NCBI GenBank assembly: GCA_044222475.1
Contig: JBGANF010000092.1
Coordinates: 1 to 32,789, forward strand
Source: Polyangiaceae bacterium
GTDB taxonomy: Bacteria > Myxococcota_A > Polyangia > Polyangiales > Polyangiaceae
Direction: 5' to 3'
DNA length: 32,789 bases
The notes under the pieces were generated by a model. The model made no database searches and was not told the DNA's origin. It saw nothing but the letters and a program-made list of their open reading frames with translations. Every line of letters begins with the position of its first letter. The first letter of the stretch is position 1. Below are positions 17,997-26,541 of this stretch, piece after piece. The translations under genes and the position numbers were made by a program.

Positions 17997-19142
17997 GTGA
18001 GCGTTCCCAACGTACCGAGCGAGCTACCGTGCACGCGCTGCGGCGCGCCTCTGAAGTGGGATGGTTTCGCGACCAGCATCGAGTGTCGTCACTGTGCGAC
18101 GACGATGGCTACGCCGACCGCGGCTCCGATCATGGCGGGCCGAGGGTCGTCGTCGGGCTCGAAGATCGTCCTCTACGTGTTCCTCGCCATCGGCGGGGTC
18201 GTGCTGCTGCTCTTCCTCATCGGGATGTTCAGCGCCTTCTTCCTCGTGCGCACGGCGTCGCCGCCGCCTCCGCCGGCGGTCGTCATCTCGCCCCCGGCCA
18301 TCCCTACGATTCCGGCAGTTCCGAAGGTCGCCGCCTCCGCCTCCACGGACGGCCTGGCCAAGAAGCTCCGGTCCTTCGGCTCAGCGGGCACCGGGCCGGG
18401 ACAGCTCGACGACGCGCGCGAGCTCGCCGTCGACCTCGACGAGAACGTCTACGTCGCGGACTACGACGACGGTCGAGTCCAGAAGCTCGACAAAGACGGC
18501 AAGTTCGTGTGGATCACGTCGATCCCCAAGAACGCGTTCGCCGGCGGTCTCACGATCTTCGGCCTCGCGACCGACACCAAGGGCACGCTCTGGGTCAACC
18601 GCACCGGAGACATCATCAAGCTCTCCATGGCCGACGGTTCGACCCAAGGCACCATCAAAGGCGACTACGACAGCACGTGGTTCCACGGAATCGCCGTCGC
18701 GCCCACCGGCGAGATCATCACGATGCACTCGGCGGCGGGAAACACCGACCTTCTCCGCCTCGACGCGAAGGGCAAGGTCGTCTCGCGCGTCAAGAACAAG
18801 GACGCACAGTCGCTGGCGATCGACGGGAAGAAGAACGCGTACCTCACGCTGCGCTTTCCGGACTCCGTCGAGGTGATCGACGAGAAGGGCGCCGTCACCG
18901 CGAAGTTCGGCTCCAAGGGCGACCCGCACATCTCGGGCGCTGACGGGATCGCGGTCGACGGAAACGGCCACGTGTTCGTCAGCGTGAGCAGCGGCGTCTC
19001 GGTGTTCGACTCGGGTGGAAAGTGGCTCGGCGAGATCAAGGGCGCGCACGGCCGCGCGATCGCGATCAGCAACTCGGGGCACCTCTTCGTGCTCACGAAC
19101 ACGAGCACGATCGACGTCTACGAGCTCGGCAAGATCGAGTGA
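17997..19142 (+). CDS. Zn-ribbon + TM + NHL-repeat beta-propeller protein (start approximate)
   Basis: CTRC/CRHC, hydrophobic helix, Pro-rich linker, FGSAGTGPGQL..LAVD..NVYVAD and GIAVDGNGHVFV NHL repeats. Confidence 0.82.
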   Translation: MSVPNVPSELPCTRCGAPLKWDGFATSIECRHCATTMATPTAAPIMAGRGSSSGSKIVLYVFLAIGGVVLLLFLIGMFSAFFLVRTASPPPPPAVVISPPAIPTIPAVPKVAASASTDGLAKKLRSFGSAGTGPGQLDDARELAVDLDENVYVADYDDGRVQKLDKDGKFVWITSIPKNAFAGGLTIFGLATDTKGTLWVNRTGDIIKLSMADGSTQGTIKGDYDSTWFHGIAVAPTGEIITMHSAAGNTDLLRLDAKGKVVSRVKNKDAQSLAIDGKKNAYLTLRFPDSVEVIDEKGAVTAKFGSKGDPHISGADGIAVDGNGHVFVSVSSGVSVFDSGGKWLGEIKGAHGRAIAISNSGHLFVLTNTSTIDVYELGKIE

Positions 19143-19145
19143 CGC

Positions 19146-19562
19146 ATGACGGGGGCACGCGCACTCCTCCTCGCGGCGGCCGTCGGGATCGCATCGTGCG
19201 GTGGTCCGCCGCCGCCGCCGCCGTCCGCCGTCATCACCGCCGACCCGGAGCGGCTCTGCGGCGGTGACGACTACAAGACCCTGATCCACCTCGACGCCAA
19301 GGCGTCCGCCCCGCGGCTGTCGCTCGTAGCGACTCGCCCCGATCCCGCGGAGCTCCCGCTCGTGTACGCGTGGAGCTTCCGCGGCAGCGCGTACACGATC
19401 GAGGACGGCGACGTCGCCGCCGACACCATCGCGGTGCGGGCCAGCGCCGATCGCCCCTTGCACGTCACGCTGCGAGTGGAGAACAAGAGCGGCGGCGTCG
19501 CGTACGCCGAGCGCACGATCCCGATCGTGCTCCCCGACGTCTCCGGCGGGTGCGTTCCATGA
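19146..19562 (+). CDS. Lipoprotein with PKD/Ig-like domain
   Basis: Lipobox IASC; LDAKAS..LVYAWSF..VTLRVENKSG PKD-like pattern. Confidence 0.7.
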   Translation: MTGARALLLAAAVGIASCGGPPPPPPSAVITADPERLCGGDDYKTLIHLDAKASAPRLSLVATRPDPAELPLVYAWSFRGSAYTIEDGDVAADTIAVRASADRPLHVTLRVENKSGGVAYAERTIPIVLPDVSGGCVP

Positions 19563-20812
19563 GGCGGTGCATCGCGCTTTCGGTCGCGCTCCTGGCCTCT
19601 GCGCCGTCGCTCGCGCGCGCGGCCGCGGGGACGGCCTTCGCCGACACCGCGCGCGTGACCGCGCTGGGCTACGCGGTGACCGCGCGGCCCGGCGATCCCG
19701 GGACGATGCTGCGCAACCCCGCGGGCCTCGCCGACGTGCGCGAGCCCACGATCCTCGCCGGCGCGCAGGCGCTGGGCATCGTCGCGTCCTTCGCCCGCAC
19801 CGGCGAGCCAGCCGAGGATCGAAGCCGATTCACCGGAAGCTACTCCGTCGCCGCCGCCACGCCGCTCCCCGGGATCTTGCGCGACGTGCGCGTGGGCGTC
19901 GCCCTCGATTTGCCGGCTGGGTACGTCCTTCGGGTCGCCGTCCCGGTGCGCAACGACACGCCGCAGTCGCCGTTCTACGAAGGGCGGCCCGATCGCGTGA
20001 GCGCCCTCTTCGCGGCTGGGTTCCCGATCTTCCAGTCGCTGCGCGTCGGCTTCGGTCTCGCCGTCGTGCCGTCGCTCGCCACGCCGACCGAGGTGACGTA
20101 CGTCGCCGGCCGGGATCCGTCGGTCGATCGCAGCGTCGTCGTCCGCCTCGAGCGCGATCTCGACGTTCGCGTCGTCCCGTTCTTCGGCATCCGCGCGACG
20201 CCGACGCGCGCCCTCTCGCTGGGGTTCTCGTACCGCGGCGTCGCGTTCTCTCGCGCGCGCGGGAGCCAGCGCACGGTCGCCGGCGGAATCGTCGCCGACG
20301 ATCCGGTCGACTTCCTCCAGTTCTGGGACCCCGAGACGATCACCCTCGGCGGAGCGCTCTCGCTCGGTCCGCGCGTGAGCGTCTCGACCGACGTCGCGAT
20401 CGCGCGGTGGTCGCGCTTCAAGAGCGGCCGCGACGACGCCGTCGATCCCCGCTTCCGCGACACGCTCGCGGTCCGCGCCGGCGTCGAGGTCCGAGGCACG
20501 CGCTGGCTCGCGCTGCGCGCCGGAGGCGGCGTCGAGTCGAACCCGGTCCCGGAGCAGCGACGCGAGACCAACTACCTCGGCGCGTCGACGATCATGCTCG
20601 GCGGCGGGGCCGGCTTCGATCTGCGGCCCGCGCGCGTGCCCCTCTCGGTCGATCTGCAAGTCAGCGGCTTCTTCGGCCCCACCCAGACCGCGACGAAGGA
20701 CGCGTCGCCGGGCGACGTCGTCTCGAACCTCGGCTACCCCGGGTTCAGCGCGTCCGCCGGCGCGGTTCAGTTCGGCCTCACCGTCACCCTCTTCGCCGGG
20801 GGCCTGAAATGA
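19559..20812 (+). CDS. OmpP1/FadL-like outer-membrane beta-barrel protein
   Basis: Start MRRCIALS in ATGA overlap; signal peptide ending ARA; ARVTALG..NPAGL; ARWS; FRDTLAVRAGVE; alternating beta-strands. Confidence 0.8.
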   Translation: MRRCIALSVALLASAPSLARAAAGTAFADTARVTALGYAVTARPGDPGTMLRNPAGLADVREPTILAGAQALGIVASFARTGEPAEDRSRFTGSYSVAAATPLPGILRDVRVGVALDLPAGYVLRVAVPVRNDTPQSPFYEGRPDRVSALFAAGFPIFQSLRVGFGLAVVPSLATPTEVTYVAGRDPSVDRSVVVRLERDLDVRVVPFFGIRATPTRALSLGFSYRGVAFSRARGSQRTVAGGIVADDPVDFLQFWDPETITLGGALSLGPRVSVSTDVAIARWSRFKSGRDDAVDPRFRDTLAVRAGVEVRGTRWLALRAGGGVESNPVPEQRRETNYLGASTIMLGGGAGFDLRPARVPLSVDLQVSGFFGPTQTATKDASPGDVVSNLGYPGFSASAGAVQFGLTVTLFAGGLK

Positions 20813-22113
20813 GGCGCCTCGCCGTCCTCGCCTTTGCCGCTGCGACGTTGCTCGCCTCGCGCGCGCACGCCGGCACCGACGACCTCTTCGGCTCCGGACC
20901 GCGCCCGCTCGCGCTCGCGGGATCGTACGCGGCGCGTCCTCACGATTTCAATGCAGTCTACAGCAATCCGGCGGGCCTCTCGGCCAAGGACCGCGGTGAC
21001 GGCTTCTTCGAGGCTGCGGCCGGGTTCCTCTACATCCACCGCGCGCTCCACGTCACCGGAGACGACGGGCGCAACGTGCCCGCCGCCACCACGCCCGACT
21101 CGATGGGGCTCCAGCTCGGCGCGCGCTTCGGCTTCGGCGGCGTCCTGAAAGGCCTCGCCGGTGGTCTGTCGGTGTACCTGCCGCGCCACCTCTTCCGCTG
21201 GACGATCGCGCCCGACGACGACGTGCAGTGGGCCTTCGACACCGATCGCACCGACGTGCTCGGCGCGAACTTCGGCGTCTCGTACCGCGTCGCCCCGGCG
21301 TTCGCGTTCGGCCTCGCGCTCCGCCTGAGCTTCGCAGTGCAGACGATCACGACCGGCATCGTGACCGACGTCTCCTTGGTCAAGAACCCGAAGACCGGCG
21401 GCGACGTCGTCAAGACGAGCACGCAGCTCGGCACCGACTCCGAGGTCTACGCTCGCGTGTCGCCGATCGCCGGCATCCTCGTCACGCCGATCCCGCGGCT
21501 TCGCATCGGCGTCGTGTATCGGCACCGACTGTTCATCGACGACTGGGGGTCGACCCGCATCCAGGGCGTGCCCGATCTCGGAGACCTCGGGTACGCGCAC
21601 CACTACGCGCACTACTTCGAGCCCTCCGCCGTGACCGCCGCCGCCGGGTTCGACGTGAGCCCCGCGTTCGACGTCTCGGCCGACCTCGCGTGGGAGCGCT
21701 GGTCGGACGCCCTCTCGACGAACCGCAATTTCTACGGCGACGGCGTCTGGGGCGACGTCTTCACGTTCGCCGCCGGCGCTCGCCTGCGCCCGGCGCGAGG
21801 CCTCGCGTTGTATGCAGGATACAGGTATCGCCCGTCCCCGGTGGACCCCCTCGGCGGTCCGTCGAACGTCATCGACGCCGACCGGCACACCGCGTCGCTC
21901 GGCTTCGAGCTCGACCTCGGCACGTGGCTCTCGGCGTTCGACGCCAAGGTCGTGTGGGCCGTCGCGCCCACGTTCCTCGTGTCGCGCCACGAGACGAAGG
22001 ACTACCGGCGCTTCACCTCCGACGAAGCATGGCAAGGCAACCCCGGCTTTCCGGGGTACACCTACGGGGGCAACGTGGTCGCGACGAGCTTGGGGGTCGA
22101 GGCGAAATGGTGA
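20809..22113 (+). CDS. OmpP1/FadL-like outer-membrane beta-barrel protein
   Basis: Start MRRLAVLA in ATGA overlap; AHA cleavage site; FGSGPRPLALAG..VYSNPAGL; WERWS; YRYRPSP; C-terminal VEAKW. Confidence 0.85.
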   Translation: MRRLAVLAFAAATLLASRAHAGTDDLFGSGPRPLALAGSYAARPHDFNAVYSNPAGLSAKDRGDGFFEAAAGFLYIHRALHVTGDDGRNVPAATTPDSMGLQLGARFGFGGVLKGLAGGLSVYLPRHLFRWTIAPDDDVQWAFDTDRTDVLGANFGVSYRVAPAFAFGLALRLSFAVQTITTGIVTDVSLVKNPKTGGDVVKTSTQLGTDSEVYARVSPIAGILVTPIPRLRIGVVYRHRLFIDDWGSTRIQGVPDLGDLGYAHHYAHYFEPSAVTAAAGFDVSPAFDVSADLAWERWSDALSTNRNFYGDGVWGDVFTFAAGARLRPARGLALYAGYRYRPSPVDPLGGPSNVIDADRHTASLGFELDLGTWLSAFDAKVVWAVAPTFLVSRHETKDYRRFTSDEAWQGNPGFPGYTYGGNVVATSLGVEAKW

Positions 22114-23021
22114 ACGCACGGCGCACGATCGGAGGGCTCTTCGCGGGTGCGATCCTCGCGACCGTCGCGGTTGCCTGCGGCCCCGATCCGTCGTCGGTCG
22201 GCTACCTCCGCAGCGATCACTGCCCGGTGGGCGGCTGCAGAGACGCTTCGGTCTCGACCGACGCGGCCGTTCCGATCGTCCCCGAGCCGCTCGAGGCGTG
22301 GGACATGACCGACGCCGGGCCGCTCAGCGGGATCTTCGTCGTCGAGGTCGACATCAAGGCGCGGGTCGCGGTGCCGGTGCAGCTCAAGCAGCTCCTGCGA
22401 CTTCGCATCCTCCAGAAAGGGACGCACATCCGCGAGAAGACGACGCTCTGCGCGTTCAAGCTCCCCGTCGTGGAGAACGTCGCGACGCTCGTCATCCCGC
22501 CGGCGCTCGTCTCGGTGATTCAGGGCAAAGGCGTCGAAGCGGAGGGCGAGTTCCTCTCGAGCGCGAACCTCCTCGGCGCCGGTTACGCGCCGCCGCCATT
22601 CCTGGTGCTCGTGGGGGCGGCGCTCGCCAACCCCGAGGTGGATCCGCTCCCGACGATCGACACCCCGCAGACCGCGATCGACGAAGACGCCGACGGTCAC
22701 CCCGGCGTGACCCTCTTCGCCAAGGTGCTCACGTGCACCGCAGACGAGCTCCTCTACGCGGCGCTTCGAACCCGCGGAAAGCTCACGGGGACGGTGCGCA
22801 CCCCCGACGTGATCGACGGCAAGGTGGACGTCGGCCTCGACGAGAGCATCGTCGGTTACTCCAACGACTGCCTCTCGACCGCGACCCAGCTCAAGATCCA
22901 GATCGAGCCGGGGAGCCCGTTCCGCGCGCGCCGGGCGAAACCCACGGACGACATCGACGGCAACGGCAACGTGTCGTGCCCCGAGATCCAGAACGTCTAC
23001 GGCGAGGCCGGCGTACCTTGA
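22107..23021 (+). CDS. Lipoprotein of unknown function with DxDxDG Ca-binding-like motifs
   Basis: Lipobox AVAC; DEDADGHPG and DIDGNGNVSCPE; several Cys; overlaps the barrel stop codon. Confidence 0.78.
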   Translation: MVNARRTIGGLFAGAILATVAVACGPDPSSVGYLRSDHCPVGGCRDASVSTDAAVPIVPEPLEAWDMTDAGPLSGIFVVEVDIKARVAVPVQLKQLLRLRILQKGTHIREKTTLCAFKLPVVENVATLVIPPALVSVIQGKGVEAEGEFLSSANLLGAGYAPPPFLVLVGAALANPEVDPLPTIDTPQTAIDEDADGHPGVTLFAKVLTCTADELLYAALRTRGKLTGTVRTPDVIDGKVDVGLDESIVGYSNDCLSTATQLKIQIEPGSPFRARRAKPTDDIDGNGNVSCPEIQNVYGEAGVP

Positions 23022-23674
23022 GGATCGCGTCGTACCTTTGTGGGATGATCGTCGCCGCCGGCTGCGGCGGTGGCGGCGCCGAGTCGCCATCGCCGGTGAG
23101 CGTCCCCACCGCGTCCGTGGCGGCCCCACCCGCCGAGAGCGCCGACGCTGCGGTCGCTGCCCCGGTCGCGCCGCCGACCCCTCGCGCGACGTGCGGGGCG
23201 GAGCTCGGCCGCGAGTGGGGACGGATTGGCGACGGTGGTGATCCGGCGGCCCTCTCGGTCAAGCTGCTCGCCGCGTTCGCGACGGCCTGCGCGACCGTGG
23301 CGCCGGGGCTCGCCCAAGCCGCGAAGACCGCTGCGGTGGCGAACGTCGACACCCGCGCGCACGCTCTCGCCGACGGCGCCTACGCCGAGGTCGATCCCGT
23401 CTGCAAGTTCGCCTCCACCGAGCCGATGGCCGAGCACCCTGCGCTGCCGCGCTGCCTCGCCAAGCTCGAGCGCCCCGACGTCGCACCGACTCAGCCGTAC
23501 TGGAAGGGCCGCGACCCGGGGATCCTCTGCGACGTCAACGTCGGTACGTATCTCTTCATCGTCGCCGCCGAGCCGTACCTCGGGGACGATGCCCATCTCC
23601 TCGCCCGCCTGATGCTCGCCGCGGCGCACGAGGGATCGAACCTCAAGCGAGTCTGTTGGGCGCACCACCGATGA
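23018..23674 (+). CDS. Hypothetical Cys-rich lipoprotein
   Basis: TTG start in TTGA overlap; AAGC lipobox; Pro/Ala linker; helical domain with multiple Cys. Confidence 0.65.
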   Translation: MRIASYLCGMIVAAGCGGGGAESPSPVSVPTASVAAPPAESADAAVAAPVAPPTPRATCGAELGREWGRIGDGGDPAALSVKLLAAFATACATVAPGLAQAAKTAAVANVDTRAHALADGAYAEVDPVCKFASTEPMAEHPALPRCLAKLERPDVAPTQPYWKGRDPGILCDVNVGTYLFIVAAEPYLGDDAHLLARLMLAAAHEGSNLKRVCWAHHR

Positions 23675-24138
23675 AGAACCCGATTCGAATCACGGCGGCG
23701 CTCTCGCTGGTCGCCCTCGTCGCCTGCCAATCGGAGAAGAAGGACTTCGAGAAGATGAAGCCGGAGATCGATCCGATCATTGCCGAGATGACGCCGCTCG
23801 CCGCCGACTTCGCGAAGGCGCGCAAGGAGAGCGCGCCTCCGAGCTCGACCGACGCGATCCAGCATGCCTGCGCCGCCGCCCAGAAGAGCGCGGAGAAGAC
23901 CCACTTCGACGTCCTCATGTACCGGGCCGGCAAGGCGAAGGACACGGCGATCGCGTTCCAGAGCGCGCTCGCCCAGGTCGCCGCGATCGTCACGCCGGAC
24001 GTCGGCGACATGACGCTCATCCTTCGCTGGGACTCGTCGGCGTGCGAGAAGGCCGTCGACGACCTCTGCGCGGCGAGCGCGGCGCTCAGCCAAGCCGCGA
24101 AGTCGAACGGCGTCGCGATCGAGCCCATCTGCAAGTAG
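23671..24138 (+). CDS. Hypothetical helical lipoprotein
   Basis: ATGA overlap; lipobox LVAC; four further Cys. Confidence 0.72.
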   Translation: MKNPIRITAALSLVALVACQSEKKDFEKMKPEIDPIIAEMTPLAADFAKARKESAPPSSTDAIQHACAAAQKSAEKTHFDVLMYRAGKAKDTAIAFQSALAQVAAIVTPDVGDMTLILRWDSSACEKAVDDLCAASAALSQAAKSNGVAIEPICK

Positions 24139-24145
24139 GTTCACC

Positions 24146-24526
24146 ATGGCAAAGGCGAAGTCCCTTCCGTCCCAACTCCGCGAGCGCGCGCTCTCCTATC
24201 CCGACACCGAAGAGGCGTTCCCGTGGGGCGACCGCGTCATCAAGGTGAAGAAGAAGGTCTTCATCTTCCTCGGCTCCGTCACCGAGCCCGACGTCCTCGG
24301 GTTCAGCGTGAAGCTCCCGGTGAGCGGACCGTCCGTCCTGAAGCGCGCGTACGCGAAGCCGACCGGCTACGGCCTGGGAAAGAGCGGGTGGGTATCCATC
24401 GCGCCGGGCAAGACCAAGGTCGACGTCACGGAGCTGTTCGATTGGCTCGACGAGAGCTACCGCGCCATCGCGCCGAAGACGTCGATCGCCAAGCTCGACG
24501 CGAAGCCCGCGAAGAAGAAGGGATGA
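24146..24526 (+). CDS. MmcQ/YjbR family putative DNA-binding protein
   Basis: EEAFPWG..KVKKKVF, GYGLGKSGWV, WLDESYRAIAPK. Confidence 0.88.
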   Translation: MAKAKSLPSQLRERALSYPDTEEAFPWGDRVIKVKKKVFIFLGSVTEPDVLGFSVKLPVSGPSVLKRAYAKPTGYGLGKSGWVSIAPGKTKVDVTELFDWLDESYRAIAPKTSIAKLDAKPAKKKG

Positions 24527-24951
24527 CCAGCGTCGCCCGGCTCCTGTGGGAGGCGCCCCAGTCGCTGCTCGGCGCCGCGTTCTACGTCGCCCTTCGCGCG
24601 CGCGGCGCGATCGTACGCACCGAGCGGGTCGGCGGTCGCCGCGTCTGCGAGATCTCCGGCGACGGCGCGGTGAGCCTCGGAACATTTGTATTCTACACCA
24701 AGTACGACGGGCCCTACGTCCCGGTGGGGCCGGAGAATCGCGATCACGAGCTCGGGCATGCGAAGCAATCTGCGCTGCTCGGTCCGCTGTACCTCCCCGT
24801 CGTCGGCGTTCCCTCGACGATGCGGGTGCTCTATGCGATCGCCCACAAGCGCGTTCGCGGGCGGCGCTGGGGTGGCTACTACGACGGATTTCCCGAGCGC
24901 TGGGCCGATCGCCTCGGTGGGGTGGATCGCTCGCTGCGGCCGGCGCCTTAG
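24523..24951 (+). CDS. Small HExxH-motif membrane-associated protein
   Basis: ATGA overlap; WEAPQSLLG, AVSLG, HELGH..QS..LGPLYLP, FPERWADRLGG. Confidence 0.75.
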   Translation: MTSVARLLWEAPQSLLGAAFYVALRARGAIVRTERVGGRRVCEISGDGAVSLGTFVFYTKYDGPYVPVGPENRDHELGHAKQSALLGPLYLPVVGVPSTMRVLYAIAHKRVRGRRWGGYYDGFPERWADRLGGVDRSLRPAP

Positions 24952-24958
24952 GTCTCGC

Positions 24959-25573
24959 CTACCGCAGGTGCGATCGGTCGTTCCACAGCTCCATCGATCG
25001 CCGGCCGCGCTCTTCTTTGATGCGGCAGACGGCCGTCGTGTCGAGCAGGAGCTGCGCGCCGACTTCGAGCGGCCAGCCGAGGTAGCGGAGCGCGAGCACC
25101 CGCAGCGTGTGCCCGTGAGAGAAGATGGCGATGTCCCCTTCGCCGCCGGTGAACCGGCTCGTCACCTCGGCGAGGACGCGATCGAGCCGCGCCGCCGCGG
25201 CCGCCGGGCTCTCGCCCCCCGGGCAACCGTCGCGGAAGATCGCCCACGTCGGGTTCGTCTGGCGGATCTCGACGTGGGTCTTGCCTTCGTAGTCGCCGTA
25301 GTCCCACTCGACGAGGTCGGGGAGAACCTCCGCGCGGTCGCCGAGCCCGCAGAGATCGGCCGTCTCTCGCGCGCGGCGGAGCGGGCTCGTGAAGACGGCC
25401 GCGAACGCGTAGCCGCGAAGGTACTCCGCGAGCTTCTTCGCCTCCGCTTGCCCCTCGGGAAGGAGCGGGAGATCCGTGCGGCGTCCGGTGTGTTTCCCCC
25501 GGAGGCTCCACTCGGTCGCGCCGTGGCGCACGAGCCAGAGTCTCGGGCTCTCGATCCTCTGTGTTCCGCTCAC
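24959..25573 (-). CDS. Histidine phosphatase family protein
   Basis: GTG start overlapping the upstream stop; LVRHGATEWS, SPLRRARET, EWDYGDYEG, PGGES, SHGH. Confidence 0.9.
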   Translation of the reverse strand: MSGTQRIESPRLWLVRHGATEWSLRGKHTGRRTDLPLLPEGQAEAKKLAEYLRGYAFAAVFTSPLRRARETADLCGLGDRAEVLPDLVEWDYGDYEGKTHVEIRQTNPTWAIFRDGCPGGESPAAAAARLDRVLAEVTSRFTGGEGDIAIFSHGHTLRVLALRYLGWPLEVGAQLLLDTTAVCRIKEERGRRSMELWNDRSHLR

Positions 25574-26541
25574 CGCTCGCGCTCCACCTTCACCCCGGCA
25601 GCGCGAAGGCGCGCCACGATCCCTTCCGGGCCGACGACGTGGGCGCTGCCGACGGCGAAGAAGTAGCTCCGCGCGCCGTCCTTGGTCTTGTCGACGATGC
25701 GCCTTTCCATCGTCTCGTTGCGATCGAAGATGAGCCGCTGCCGCATCTTCACGTCGAGCGGGTTCTTGGGATCGAAGTCCTTGTCGAGCGACGCGAGCAC
25801 GCGCTCCTCGTCTCCCGAGACGTACGCGTCGACGAGCTCCTTGATCGGGTCGCGTCCTTCCTTCTTCGCCTTCTCGCGCTGGGTGATCGCTTCGTCGAGC
25901 ATCGCCTCTTGGTCGGAGCCGGACACCTTGTCGAACACGTCGAGCTGCTCGTCGAACGTCTCGAGGCCGGACACGGTCTTCTTGGCGGCGCGGGCCTGCG
26001 ACGTGAGACGCATGTCGACCCCGCCCTCGAGGTCCTTGATGTGGTCGACGAGCGTGATCTGGACGGCGACCGCCCACGGCTTCATGTGCGAGTACGCGGT
26101 GGAGGGCACGCCGAGCGCCTTGAACGTGCTCTGGGTCTTCGCGTACACCGGCGGCGAGACGACCTGGTCGAGCGTCTTGCCGTCGAGGATGGTTCCGAGG
26201 ACGAACTTGTTCTTGTCCGCCGAGTCCATCACGACCTCGGTGACGAGCTCGTCGCTGGCGGCGAAGTCCTTCGCGAGGACCGGCGGGAAGGTCGCGAGGC
26301 GCGCGTCGCCGACGTGAATCGTACCAAGAAGGTACGACGGATGAGCGCCGTCGATGCGATAGAGGATCGGGACCCACCCCGAGGGCGCGGTGTCCACGCT
26401 CGGCGTTCCGGTCGGCAGGACGATGGTCCCGACACCCGGCCTCGGCGACGCGCCGGTCGCGCTCGGTGCCGTCCCCGTCGGCTTGGGGTCCGACTTGCAG
26501 GCGAGGAGCGCGACGAGGCCGAGGACGACGAGCTTTTTCAT
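25570..26541 (-). CDS. TraB/GumN (Tiki-like) family lipoprotein
   Basis: Start MKKLVVLG; lipobox LLAC; SYLLGTIH, GLET, RNETM and AVGSAH motifs. Confidence 0.88.
   Translation of the reverse strand: MKKLVVLGLVALLACKSDPKPTGTAPSATGASPRPGVGTIVLPTGTPSVDTAPSGWVPILYRIDGAHPSYLLGTIHVGDARLATFPPVLAKDFAASDELVTEVVMDSADKNKFVLGTILDGKTLDQVVSPPVYAKTQSTFKALGVPSTAYSHMKPWAVAVQITLVDHIKDLEGGVDMRLTSQARAAKKTVSGLETFDEQLDVFDKVSGSDQEAMLDEAITQREKAKKEGRDPIKELVDAYVSGDEERVLASLDKDFDPKNPLDVKMRQRLIFDRNETMERRIVDKTKDGARSYFFAVGSAHVVGPEGIVARLRAAGVKVERER

Noticed and set aside
16637..18943. 768-aa plus-strand ORF and many other long Arg/Pro-rich ORFs
   Set aside because: Off-frame or antisense shadows typical of high-GC DNA; they overlap well-supported genes and carry no motifs
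19206..19229. CCG trinucleotide run as a contingency repeat
   Set aside because: Short in-frame poly-Pro linker, common in these lipoproteins
6180..25573. Phosphate-scavenging cluster (PhnD-like, two metallophosphoesterases, histidine phosphatase)
   Set aside because: The genes are scattered in different transcription units and I see no Pho-box-like repeats
25570..26541. TraB as evidence of a conjugative element
   Set aside because: TraB/GumN is a Tiki-like metalloprotease family; no relaxase, T4SS or integrase genes are present
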